NCBI GenBank assembly: GCA_963761305.1
Contig: CAVXGK010000001.1
Span: 1,696,001-1,760,000 of the forward strand
Direction: 5' to 3'
From: an uncultured Gemmatimonadaceae bacterium
Lineage (GTDB): Bacteria; Gemmatimonadota; Gemmatimonadetes; Gemmatimonadales; Gemmatimonadaceae
DNA: 64,000 nt
Notes under the pieces: generated by a model
The model's input: the letters and a program-made list of their open reading frames with translations, nothing else
What the model was told of the DNA's origin: nothing
Databases searched by the model: none
Position numbers and translations under genes: made by a program
Shown here: piece by piece, positions 43,401-52,280 of the stretch
Position numbering within the stretch: the stretch's first letter is position 1
Layout of the letters: each line of letters opens with the position of its first letter

Positions 43401-44573
43401 TCATGAGCGCAGCGGCTCCGTCCCTTCGCTCAGGATCGCGAGGTACTTCGCGTAGGTAAAGACACGCCCACGGCGACGGCCGGTAATTTCGCGGACGATC
43501 CCGAGCTCGCCGAGCGCCGCCAGTGATGTGTTCACAGACGGCTGGGAGACGCCGCTCAGCTTCGCGATCGCCGCGGCCGGCGCGATGGGACGTTGGCGGA
43601 GGACGTCGAACACTCGCAGCGCGCTGCCGGCAATGCGTCGCAGCGCCTGCACCCGGACGCGGTCGCTGTCTGCCTGATGCACGAGGCGCCGAACCGTATC
43701 GACGGCACCCGAAGCGCTCGACTCCACCCCGTCGGCAAAAAAGCCGAGCCAATCCTCCCAATCGCCATCCTTCCGAACAGTGTCGAGCAGCTCGTAGTAC
43801 CGCGCCCGATGCTGCTTGAGGTAGAGACTGATATACAGCAGTGGCTCGCTCAAAGCCCCCTCGGAGCACAGAAGGAGCGTCACGAGGAGACGGCCCACGC
43901 GGCCGTTGCCGTCCAGAAACGGATGGATCGTCTCGAACTGGACGTGCGCCAACGCAGCCTTGATGATGGTCGGCGTGCGCTCGGGGTGCCCATGGATCCA
44001 CTTCTCGAGCGCGCCGAGGGCGTCCGCGAGATGCTCGGCGGGCGGCGGGACGAAGACGGCATTCCCGGGTCGCGATCCCCCGATCCAGTTCTGCGAGCGC
44101 CGAATCTCGCCAGGTTGCTGGTCGGATCCGCGCCCTCGCTTCATGAGGACCTTGTGAATCTCGCGGATCAGGCGCGTCGAAACCGGAAAGCCACCGCGGA
44201 TGCGGGCGAGTCCGTGCTCCATCGCCGCGACGTAGTTCGAGACCTCGGTGACGTCGTCGAGCGGCACACCGGGAAGCTCGTCGGCTTCGAAGAGCAGGAG
44301 ATCGGAGAGCGAGGACTGCGTCCCCTCGATCTGCGAGGACAGCACCGCCTCCTTGCGGACATACATATATAGAAAAAGCTGCGTATCTGGGAGCAGCGTC
44401 GTGACGCTGTCCAACCTGCCAACCGCAAGCAGCGCGGCGTCGAGACGCTCACGAAGGGCGGCGTCGATTGCCAATGGTGGCTTGGGCGGCAGCGGCGCCG
44501 GCAGAAACGCGCGGACGCTCTCACCTCCGACGTTCGAGACGCTGAGATATTTGCCGGTCACCCCTCGTCGCAT
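43401..44573 (-). CDS. Fic-family protein (N-terminal Fic_N, C-terminal HTH)
   Basis: HPFLDGNGRVGR catalytic motif; KEAVLSSQIEGT inhibitory-helix motif. Confidence 0.96.
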   Translation of the reverse strand: MRRGVTGKYLSVSNVGGESVRAFLPAPLPPKPPLAIDAALRERLDAALLAVGRLDSVTTLLPDTQLFLYMYVRKEAVLSSQIEGTQSSLSDLLLFEADELPGVPLDDVTEVSNYVAAMEHGLARIRGGFPVSTRLIREIHKVLMKRGRGSDQQPGEIRRSQNWIGGSRPGNAVFVPPPAEHLADALGALEKWIHGHPERTPTIIKAALAHVQFETIHPFLDGNGRVGRLLVTLLLCSEGALSEPLLYISLYLKQHRARYYELLDTVRKDGDWEDWLGFFADGVESSASGAVDTVRRLVHQADSDRVRVQALRRIAGSALRVFDVLRQRPIAPAAAIAKLSGVSQPSVNTSLAALGELGIVREITGRRRGRVFTYAKYLAILSEGTEPLRS

Positions 44574-44817
44574 GCGTAGCCAAGGAAAGGGACTTAAATA
44601 AGGCGTACGGTTATTTAAAGATACGCCGTTCCCTTAAATAGGCCAGACTCAGCTTCGGGCCATGCGTCCCGCAGGTTCCCCCTGCGACGCAGCACGCGGC
44701 CGGGCACCCTCTGTTCCTCGGTAGGCTTACTCAAGGTGTGTACTTATCCCTAACTAAGGGCACGCCCGAGTAAAGGATACCGGGACCGCCGCCCCTGTGC
44801 GCTCCCGCGCGCTTCGG

Positions 44818-45033
44818 CTAAGTCGGAAGCTCGACGTAGCCCGCGGCGGTCGTGGGTCGGGGAATCGGCAGTCCGGCAAGTCGGAGCTCCTCGAGATGCC
44901 CTTCCACCGCTTCTCGCATGTTCGCCTCGACCTCGGTGACCGTGCGTCCCGTTGACGCGCAGCCGGGAAGATCCGGCAAGTAGCCCGAGAAGCCGGAGTC
45001 TGTCGGTTCGATGAGAATCACGTATCGGCTCAT
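44818..45033 (-). CDS. hicB: HicB-family antitoxin
   Basis: YVILIE..FSGYLPDLPGCASTGRTVTEVEANMREAVEGHLE. Confidence 0.9.
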   Translation of the reverse strand: MSRYVILIEPTDSGFSGYLPDLPGCASTGRTVTEVEANMREAVEGHLEELRLAGLPIPRPTTAAGYVELPT

Positions 45034-45338
45034 GTCGGCTCCTCCTTCTTGATCTCATCGTACATCGCGTCCGGCGCGAGATCGACGCCGTTCGGCCACG
45101 TAACCGCACCGTGAGCAACGCCGACCCGCGCAAACATCGCGGGATCGCGGAGCTGTTCGAACACGCCGGCATCGTCGCTCGCAACGAGACGCGATAAGTC
45201 CACCTCGCCGCGAGTTCCGTCCGCGAATGTCACGAAGAGGCGATAGCCGCCCGCTGGGCGAACGTCCGTGACATGCCACGGCACAGGGGAACTCAGTCCA
45301 GCGGCGGAATCTGCATCAGTGCCTGGTTGTTTGCGCAT
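45030..45338 (-). CDS. DUF2442-domain protein
   Basis: VTDVRPAGGYRLFVTFADG..VDL..TWPNGVDLAPDAMY. Confidence 0.88.
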   Translation of the reverse strand: MRKQPGTDADSAAGLSSPVPWHVTDVRPAGGYRLFVTFADGTRGEVDLSRLVASDDAGVFEQLRDPAMFARVGVAHGAVTWPNGVDLAPDAMYDEIKKEEPT

Positions 45339-45350
45339 CGTTGAAGGGCC

Positions 45351-45656
45351 TTACAACACGGGTCGGCGCGATTGTAGCCAGTTGTTGAACGAGCCTTTGC
45401 TCTCCCCGGACTGTGCCCCGCGCAGGAGGTTGTCGACGCTGATGTCCTCGTCGAGATCGGGCCAATGGATGCCCTCACCGCGGCCGATGAATCGCCAATT
45501 GTTTCGTTCAGCGGGCGTCGCGGCAGCGAGGCGAGGATACCAGCCGAGCGGCACGGCAATGCTGCGTCCGTCCGCGAGATCGACGGTCAGACTGGTTGCG
45601 GACAGGCGAACTGCCTCGGCAGTGGCCGGCCGAGGTTCAATCGGCGAAGTACTCAT
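45351..45656 (-). CDS. DUF2442-domain protein
   Basis: LTVDLADGRSIAVPLGWYPRL..GIHWPDLDEDISV. Confidence 0.92.
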   Translation of the reverse strand: MSTSPIEPRPATAEAVRLSATSLTVDLADGRSIAVPLGWYPRLAAATPAERNNWRFIGRGEGIHWPDLDEDISVDNLLRGAQSGESKGSFNNWLQSRRPVL

Positions 45657-45873
45657 CCCAGCGGCTCAGAAGGAGTTGCTCGTGTTCTCGGACTACCAGA
45701 AGGATACGAGCCAGTTCACCGCGTGAGAAGTTACCGCCATTGTGCACGCGAACCGGGTCGAGCCACAGCTTTGCCCGATTGGCGTCTCGCTCCACGTGGA
45801 TATGCGGCGGCTCCGTACGATCGCCGGCAAAAAAGAAGCAGCGGTAGGGGCCGGTGCGAAGGACAGTGGGCAC
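45637..45873 (-). CDS. DUF4160-domain protein
   Basis: (M)PTVLRTGPYRCFFFAGDRTEPPHIHV..AKLWL..WDEYF; GTG start at 45873. Confidence 0.92.
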   Translation of the reverse strand: MPTVLRTGPYRCFFFAGDRTEPPHIHVERDANRAKLWLDPVRVHNGGNFSRGELARILLVVREHEQLLLSRWDEYFAD

Positions 45874-45950
45874 GGCGTCCACTGTACAGCGACGACTCGC
45901 CTGCCTCGGCATCAAAACCGCGGCCTTCGGTCCCGGTCGTTGCCGTCAGT

Positions 45951-46301
45951 TCAAACGCGTAGAACAAGCATCGCTCCGACGCCGATCAGAATACCCAGCA
46001 ACACCCACGGCCACACCGCCCTCCCGCGCGATGGACGAGGCGACTCGAGGCCAAGCCAGTCGGGGACAGGCGACGGTTCGCGCGTCAGATCCTTGGGCTC
46101 GGACCGTGCATGGCCGGCCGAGTCGAGTCGCGTCCGGCTGCTTACGCCAGTGCCGGGGATGCCAAGATTGGCATAAGTGCCCCGGCTGCCCACGTTGACG
46201 CTCGCGCCGCGCGGGCCAATGGTTGTGCTGATTCCCCGGCGCGACAGGTTGATCCGCACGCCGGGAAGCAGCCGGATGGAGCGATGAAACCGGAAGCCCA
46301 T
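45951..46301 (-). CDS. DUF4236-domain membrane protein
   Basis: MGFRFHRSIRLLPGVRINLSRRGISTTIG..GIPGTG; C-terminal transmembrane helix. Confidence 0.9.
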   Translation of the reverse strand: MGFRFHRSIRLLPGVRINLSRRGISTTIGPRGASVNVGSRGTYANLGIPGTGVSSRTRLDSAGHARSEPKDLTREPSPVPDWLGLESPRPSRGRAVWPWVLLGILIGVGAMLVLRV

Positions 46302-46338
46302 GGGCGCTCCTCAATAGATGGCCGAACTGTATGCGGGC

Positions 46339-47004
46339 TTAACGAGCCTGACCGCCGGCGTTGAAAGCAACGGCGAGCTGAAAACTCACGACCCCGCCGC
46401 TGAGACCGAGCGGCACGCTGACAGAAGGCTGTATGGTCAGCACTCGGCTGACAACGAACCCCGCGCCCACCGTGGCAACACCATAGTTCTGATTGGCAGA
46501 ACTTGAAAACCCTCCGCCGCTGGCGGTGGCCTGCGCGATGACGTACGAGCCGCCAACGAACGGGACGAAATCGAATCCGGGGCTGTGGAGCGCGACGCCG
46601 CCGATCGCGCCGCCAAAGCTGAACCCATGGGTCGCTATCGACACACTGCCAAACCCGGTATCGAAGTTCGGTCCCGTTTGATACGCGAATCCCACCTCGG
46701 GGCAAAACTGAACGGTGCGTTGAGGATTGAGATCGACTGCAAAACCCGCGTCCCCGCCTACGGAAAGTCCGCTGCCCGACACGTCTTTGTATTGAACACT
46801 CGAGACGGTGCCGCTCACGAATGGACCGCTTGGCGCGCCGAACGCGATTTGACCGCCATAGCTCTGCGCATCGCTGTCGACACTGAGTCCGGCGCCGAGC
46901 CGTACGGGGCCGGCCGAGAAGGACGCGGCTCCTTCACAGACTTGAGCGTGCGTTTGTGAGAACGGCGCCAAACTAACGAGTACAGCTACGTGAACCATTC
47001 GCAT
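46339..47004 (-). CDS. Outer-membrane beta-barrel hypothetical protein
   Basis: Signal peptide from ATG 47004; Gly/aromatic-rich amphipathic strands. Confidence 0.65.
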   Translation of the reverse strand: MRMVHVAVLVSLAPFSQTHAQVCEGAASFSAGPVRLGAGLSVDSDAQSYGGQIAFGAPSGPFVSGTVSSVQYKDVSGSGLSVGGDAGFAVDLNPQRTVQFCPEVGFAYQTGPNFDTGFGSVSIATHGFSFGGAIGGVALHSPGFDFVPFVGGSYVIAQATASGGGFSSSANQNYGVATVGAGFVVSRVLTIQPSVSVPLGLSGGVVSFQLAVAFNAGGQAR

Positions 47005-47051
47005 TTTAGAGCCCTTTCCGTGGGTGGGTGAAGATCCGTCGATCGGTTGAC

Positions 47052-47497
47052 TCATCGGCTGGCACTCCAAGTACCGGTGAAGACGTACGTCGCACCGCTG
47101 ATTGCGATCGGACAATTCAGGGTTCCGCTCATTCGGTTTGGCGGACTCCCCGAAACGGTGCCGACGATCGTGCACCCACCAGCGCTGTTGAATGACACGG
47201 AGGTGCCAGAGATTTGACCGCCGGTCCATGAGGTGCCCGCCAGGCTCGACGTGCTCGCGGAGCCAAGCACCGAACACGTTTGACTTCCGCTCGCCGCGAT
47301 CCGCCAAACGAAGCGCCGGTTTGCGTAAAGTTGATCACGACCCCCTGAGCGGAACACGATGCACTCAACTGGCTGTTGCTGAAGTTGAGTGAGACCGTCC
47401 ACTGGCCGGAAATGTCGAGCGGCCCGGACGGAGCCGTGGAGTCGCTGCCGCAGGCGATGCCCGCAACGAGGCAAAGAAGACCAAGACGTCGGAACAT
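47052..47497 (-). CDS. Ser/Gly-rich hypothetical lipoprotein (frameshift near 47300)
   Basis: MFRRLGLLCLVAGIA-C lipobox; continues in the adjacent frame to ..FTGTWSASR*. Confidence 0.6.
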
Positions 47498-47555
47498 TGA
47501 TTTCTTGAGTGGGTGGTTGATGGGTGGCACGAGTCAATCGACCGATCGAGCGTGG

Positions 47556-48041
47556 CTACTTGGCACCTTTCGCCTCTGCGGCCTGTTTGATCTTCTGCTG
47601 CAGCGACGTTTCCCAGGTCGCTCTGGTAGAACATTCCTCATTTACGATCGACTGGTCGGCGAGCACGCGGGACTTGCCGATGCGCGTCCATCGCACGGTG
47701 ATTCGTAAAGAGGTATGAGATGAATCGCCTCGCACCAACGCGTTGTACGTCGCGTCGGTTGGGTACACGGGCCCCACGATCGCATCCTTTCCGCAGTCCG
47801 CCGCGTCGCCGAGGGACGGGCCGACCTTGAGGGCGTCGGTCGCGATCAATCCAGATGAGCGATCGATTGTCTTGATCGGAATATTGCTTCGCGCGAACTC
47901 GTCGATGACGGCGTCCCACGTCCGGCCAAACGACGCGCCAATGTCGATCGCATTATGCGGAGTCGGCGCCGCCGGTGGCGTCGGGAGGCAACCAACGGTG
48001 CACATCAGGGCCGCGGTAAGGACGACACGTGACCTGAGCAC
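47556..48041 (-). CDS. Hypothetical lipoprotein (possible BamC/DUF3568-like fold)
   Basis: TVG-C lipobox; ASFGRTWDAVI..IKTIDRSSGLIAT; GAGG RBS. Confidence 0.7.
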   Translation of the reverse strand: MLRSRVVLTAALMCTVGCLPTPPAAPTPHNAIDIGASFGRTWDAVIDEFARSNIPIKTIDRSSGLIATDALKVGPSLGDAADCGKDAIVGPVYPTDATYNALVRGDSSHTSLRITVRWTRIGKSRVLADQSIVNEECSTRATWETSLQQKIKQAAEAKGAK

Positions 48042-48086
48042 GCATTCCTCGCATGGAAGAGAGTTGTTGAACTTGCGAACTCTCGA

Positions 48087-48117
48087 CTCTCAACGTACGA
48101 GAACCCTCTGACAGTCG
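48087..48117 (-). promoter_or_regulatory. PafBC/RecA-NDp-like promoter (TGTCAG-N10-TACGTT) for the lipoprotein-TA gene run
   Basis: Minus strand CGACTGTCAGAGGGTTCTCGTACGTTGAGAG; -10-like box 50 nt upstream of the 48041 start; 28/31 identical to 56560-56590. Confidence 0.7.
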
Positions 48118-48122
48118 GGATA

Positions 48123-48329
48123 CTGACTTCCGGAACGGCGCTGACTTCCAGACGGCGCTGACTTCCAGACGGCGCTGGCTTCCGAAGCGCGCTGGCAGAG
48201 GAACCACGTGCGGAGTTTTCGCTCCTTTTCGGACGTTCGCGCCCTTCGGAGGTTCGCGCCCTTCGGGAGTTAGCGCCTCATGGAAGTCTGCGCCGCTTGG
48301 GAGTTAGCGCCCCTCGGAAGCTGGCGTCG
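48123..48329. repeat. Inverted array of ~17-bp repeats (4 forward CTGACTTCCAGACGGCG, about 7 degenerate reverse copies YGGRAGTTAGCGCC)
   Basis: Read directly from the sequence; second-half units approximate the reverse complement of GGCGCTGACTTCCR. Confidence 0.85.
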
Positions 48330-48361
48330 TTCAGAATCAAAGAGGGTAGTTGAATCAACTC

Positions 48362-49336
48362 TCAACGTACGTCCGCAAGCATCACCACAAGCCGCTCCCG
48401 AATCGCCTTCCTCGCCTCCGGCGGCGACAAAATCTCGGCCTCACGACCGTATCCCAGCACGTGCCTCACCCCCCAATCGAGATCCGCCATCGGATACTCG
48501 ACCACGAACGACCCATCCGCCTCCTTCGTCCCCCGTTCCCGCTCCTCGATCCACCGCGCGATCTTTGCCGAGAAACGGACACGAAGCCTGACCGGCGCAT
48601 CGGACACGAACACAGGGCCACGCTCGAGCTGCGCGTCGATCGCACCCAGGTCGGGCGGCGGACACTTCTCGGCCAACACCTTCGCCGACTCGATCCGATC
48701 CACCCGAAAGACCCGAATCCCGCTGCTCCGCTCACAGTACGCCACGAGATACCAAACCGGCCCCGCCAGAATCAGCCGATACGGACAGATCACCCTCGCA
48801 CTCGACTCGGCAGCACTCCCGCGCCGATACGAGATTCGAATCTTCTGCCGCTTGCCGAGCGCCTCGCGCACGACCGCGAGCTGAACGCCGCCGACGCTCT
48901 CTGTCGAGACGGCATACGAACCATCGCCCATGAGCGCGCCCGGCAGCTTCGCCACCGCTTTACGAATTCTCTCGCGCGCCCTATCAATGGCGCGCCACTC
49001 CGCCGGCCCTCGCTCGGCGCGCAGCATCGCGAGTCCTAAGTCCAGCGCGTGCAGCTCCGCGATCGTCAATCGCATCGGGCGCCGGAAGTGGTCGGTTTTG
49101 ACGGACACACTGTCCGCCTCGATGAACACCTCCAGCCCTTCGACGAACCCGCCGGGCGTGTCGTAGCGCCCGCCGATCGACGTGAGATCGCGCACGACCG
49201 TCTTCGCGTCGACGCCGAGCATCGCCGCCATCTCTTCTATAGAGTGCTCCTCGCCGTCGGCGACGACCGGCACCAGCGCCAGCAGCCTCTTCAGCTGCGC
49301 CGACGCGTCGACCGCCCCGCCCGACGCACCCTTCAC
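48362..49336 (-). CDS. pafC: WYL-domain transcriptional regulator, PafC-like (HTH-WYL-WCX)
   Basis: LKRLLALVP..EMAAMLGVDAKTVVRDL; WYLVAYC..IRVFRVDRI; GTGA overlap with the upstream WYL gene. Confidence 0.85.
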   Translation of the reverse strand: MKGASGGAVDASAQLKRLLALVPVVADGEEHSIEEMAAMLGVDAKTVVRDLTSIGGRYDTPGGFVEGLEVFIEADSVSVKTDHFRRPMRLTIAELHALDLGLAMLRAERGPAEWRAIDRARERIRKAVAKLPGALMGDGSYAVSTESVGGVQLAVVREALGKRQKIRISYRRGSAAESSARVICPYRLILAGPVWYLVAYCERSSGIRVFRVDRIESAKVLAEKCPPPDLGAIDAQLERGPVFVSDAPVRLRVRFSAKIARWIEERERGTKEADGSFVVEYPMADLDWGVRHVLGYGREAEILSPPEARKAIRERLVVMLADVR

Positions 49337-50424
49337 CTCTCCGCCTCATACAGCGCCAGCGTCTCGCGCGCCGACTGCCGGAATGCGTCCGTGACCGCCG
49401 GCGGCGATACAGGTTTGGCCGCTCCCGCAAACGACAGGATCCAACGAACGAACCGGTCCACCGACTTCACTCGGAAGCTGCGCCGATCCCGATGGCCCGG
49501 CACCGCCGCGCCCAACTGCAACCACGGAGAAACAGCCCCGGTTTGCGTCGCGAACTCGACGACCGCCTCCGTCGCATCGGTGTCTCCCAGCTCCCACGCG
49601 AGACGCGACGTCGCGTGCGTCCGCAGATTCCACCCCTCGGGCAGCGCGAAGTCGGCCGTCTGCGGACGCGCCTTGTTCACCGCGAGGTCGCGCATCCGGC
49701 TGACGCGAAAGTTCTTGATCGCTCGCGCCGCCGGCTCGTGCGCCGCCAAGTACCAATGCGAATTCAGGAAGAACATCCCGAGCGGCTCGACCGTCCGGCT
49801 CTTCGTCGAATCGCCGGACATCGAGCGATAGACGAAGGTCAGCCGCTTGCGCGACAGCAGCGACTCCTCGAGCGCCGGCAACACGGCCGGATCGATTCGC
49901 TCGGCTCTCACAACGACATCGTCGTGGTCGTGATCGACGATTCCAGGCACATCAAACGCCAGCTTCCGCACCGCCGACCGCGCCTGCTCGGCCAGCATCG
50001 CGTCGCCGAGTTTCTGCACACGCTCGGCGGCGGCGCCGACCGCCGCGATCTCGTCGGGCTCGAACGCCAACTCCTGCACGGAGTGGTAGCCGTCCTTGTC
50101 GACCCGACTCGGCGACACCTTTCGCCCGCTCTGCACGACGGCGAGATACGGCAGATAAAAGTCCGCCGGCCGCAGCCGATACCGCTCGATCTCCCCGTCC
50201 TTGGCGATCGTCTCGATCGGCACGCCGAACGCGAGCAGCTCCGCCTTGTCGCGCTCGAACATCCGCTTGACCGTCGCCTTCTCCTTCTCCGTCGCGCGCT
50301 TGGCCAGGCGATAGGCCGGCACGTCTCCCGAGAGCTGCGTGAACGTCGCGCCGAATTGGTAGCGGAGGAGCGCGACGAGGACATCGGTCCAGCGCTGGAG
50401 CTTTGCCGACGTCACGCGAGTCAC
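49333..50424 (-). CDS. pafB: WYL-domain transcriptional regulator, PafB-like (HTH-WYL-WCX)
   Basis: AKLQRWTDVLVALL..KRMFERDKAELLAFGVPIE matches the PafB N-terminal signature RMFERDKxELxxxGxP; RTVEPLG..HWYLAA..FRVSRM; GTG start at 50424. Confidence 0.85.
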   Translation of the reverse strand: MTRVTSAKLQRWTDVLVALLRYQFGATFTQLSGDVPAYRLAKRATEKEKATVKRMFERDKAELLAFGVPIETIAKDGEIERYRLRPADFYLPYLAVVQSGRKVSPSRVDKDGYHSVQELAFEPDEIAAVGAAAERVQKLGDAMLAEQARSAVRKLAFDVPGIVDHDHDDVVVRAERIDPAVLPALEESLLSRKRLTFVYRSMSGDSTKSRTVEPLGMFFLNSHWYLAAHEPAARAIKNFRVSRMRDLAVNKARPQTADFALPEGWNLRTHATSRLAWELGDTDATEAVVEFATQTGAVSPWLQLGAAVPGHRDRRSFRVKSVDRFVRWILSFAGAAKPVSPPAVTDAFRQSARETLALYEAER

Positions 50425-51130
50425 GCTCGGCCTGCTCCCTTCGGCGATGAGCGTCGAGGTGATACGGCTTCGAGCGGTCGACAGTCGACAAATATCTTGT
50501 GGACGAACTTTGAAAGACGATGTTCGCTGAGACCCAGCGATGCATCCATCAGCCGAAGCGCACCTCGCCACTCCTCGACGGTGTCAGGGCCATGCATCGC
50601 CGGTCGTTCGTAAAGTAGACAAGCGCAAGATGCGCATCGATGTCATTGTCCTCGCGCAAGAACTGCAGGAATGCCAAACGATTTGCGTACTGAAAGAAAG
50701 GGCTGCTAGCCCAATCAACCTTAGAGCGCGGAGCCAAAGACCTTCGCGTACGGCCGAGAGATTTGCGAATGGTCTCAAGGGATGTCCCCGCCGCTCTTGA
50801 CGCGCCCGAAAGAAGCTCTGGAATGTGAGCTTTGGCCTCTAACAGAACGTATTGGTCATCTATCACCGCGATCGCATCCCACACCGGGCCACGGCGAGGC
50901 CAGAAGTCCGCGAGGGGGCGGCGGCTAGGCTCTCTGCCAATTTGACGAAAGACCTCGCCATCGCGCGCCTCACGAAACTCAGGAGCATGCGGCGATTTCC
51001 AGGATACTTCGGTGTTGGGTCGGCCGACCGCGCTCGACAATGCGGTTTCAAGTGCCGGCATCCGCGTCGACACCGCTCGCTGTATCCAAGCTTGGCTGCC
51101 CCGCTCGGCTGACTGCGTGTTTTCGGCCAT
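50421..51130 (-). CDS. Hypothetical PD-(D/E)XK-like nuclease (frameshift near 50598)
   Basis: GPVWDAIA..LLEAKAH..QYANRL; the shifted frame continues MHGPDTVEEWRGAL..KIFVD.. and stops in a GTGA overlap with the pafB start. Confidence 0.6.
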
Positions 51131-51182
51131 AGTCGCTCCAGAAGTGGTTGGTATCGACGCGTTGGCGGGACCTACCGCTGAC

Positions 51183-52277
51183 CTATTTGATCACGGTCTC
51201 GATGCCAAGCTGGTCATGCTCGACGACGGCGCGCGGAAAACGCGCCGGAAGCAACGCCAGCAAATCACGGTGTATCCCCGACCACGGCTGTGACAAGTTC
51301 AGAGTGGCGGCCAGGAAGGGATGACCGAACAACGCAACGCTCACCCGCAGGCTTTCCGTCGTTCGCGGGTAAACCAATATGCCTCCCACCCGAGCTCTAT
51401 CCTCACCGGGCGTGAGATGGCTCATGTAGGCGAACATCTGGTAGAGATTCGCCGAATGTAGGCTGCTCTTCGTGAAGTGCTCACCCAGTGCGGCGGAATA
51501 GTACTTGGCGTCGACAACGATGGTCTGAGTCCTGTCGTTCAAGACAATGTCGGTACGCATTTCAGGCAGGTACGCCAGATCTTCATCGGCCCCGCTCGCT
51601 CGCCAACCGAAGCGCGGTGCGTTCACCTCAAAATGCCTCTGCTCTTTGGCGAAAAAGCGCCGGAGGAACTTCTCGAAGAGCCCCGCCATCTGCTGATCGT
51701 CCCTCGTGAAGTCACGGAACTCGACCTCGCCGGTGTCCTCGTTGACGAGCAGGTTTCGATGGACGATCTCACACACATCCAAGAGGAACCCGTAGTACGC
51801 ATTGTTGCGGCCGAGCACGACCCTACGGAAACTCTGTCCAGTGATTCGCGTTTCTTGTACCCCGGGCATTCGGCGGTACAGATCCCTGAGTCGTTCCGCT
51901 AGGTCCGGGTTCAAATCGGCCGCGGCGGCGAGACGCCGCAGCGTCGTCTTGACGATTCGGTTGTGCACCACGTCGGGCGAGAGCTCATCGAAGACACAGT
52001 GGGCACGCGCGCGGGCGAACGTCGTGCGTTTGATCGATGCCCCGAGATCCAATCTCCCTCTGATTCCCGCAATTTCATCCTCGTCGGTGACGTACGTTCG
52101 GTCTAGGCCGCGCTTCAGCAAATGCGTCAGCCCACCGATGAGAACACGGGCTAGCAGGTCCTGAAGCCGCATTTCCGGCGTCACGGTCACGCTCGCGAGT
52201 TCGGCCTCCTCCAGTGTGTCCCACGCATAACAGAGCAGGTAGTAGATGTTCTCGATCGGAATGACGGCTGGAGGCAC
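51183..52277 (-). CDS. mcrC: McrC 5-methylcytosine-specific restriction endonuclease subunit
   Basis: IPIENIYYLLCYAW, LFEKFL, MRTDIVL..VVDAKYY, NLYQMFAY. Confidence 0.93.
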   Translation of the reverse strand: MPPAVIPIENIYYLLCYAWDTLEEAELASVTVTPEMRLQDLLARVLIGGLTHLLKRGLDRTYVTDEDEIAGIRGRLDLGASIKRTTFARARAHCVFDELSPDVVHNRIVKTTLRRLAAAADLNPDLAERLRDLYRRMPGVQETRITGQSFRRVVLGRNNAYYGFLLDVCEIVHRNLLVNEDTGEVEFRDFTRDDQQMAGLFEKFLRRFFAKEQRHFEVNAPRFGWRASGADEDLAYLPEMRTDIVLNDRTQTIVVDAKYYSAALGEHFTKSSLHSANLYQMFAYMSHLTPGEDRARVGGILVYPRTTESLRVSVALFGHPFLAATLNLSQPWSGIHRDLLALLPARFPRAVVEHDQLGIETVIK

Positions 52278-52280
52278 GCG

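Noticed and set aside
48123..48329. CRISPR array
   Set aside because: Units are ~17 bp, contiguous and degenerate, with no unique spacers; no cas genes in the window.
50478..50486. Fourth PafBC box (GACTGTCGA) upstream of pafB
   Set aside because: No TANNNT at the 10-nt spacing, and it lies within the frameshift-corrected coding tail of the upstream nuclease-like gene.
50425..50571. N-terminal extension of the PafB-like ORF (412-aa call)
   Set aside because: The region encodes the C-terminus of the upstream gene in another frame; GTG 50424 with a GTGA overlap and a GGAG RBS is the better start.
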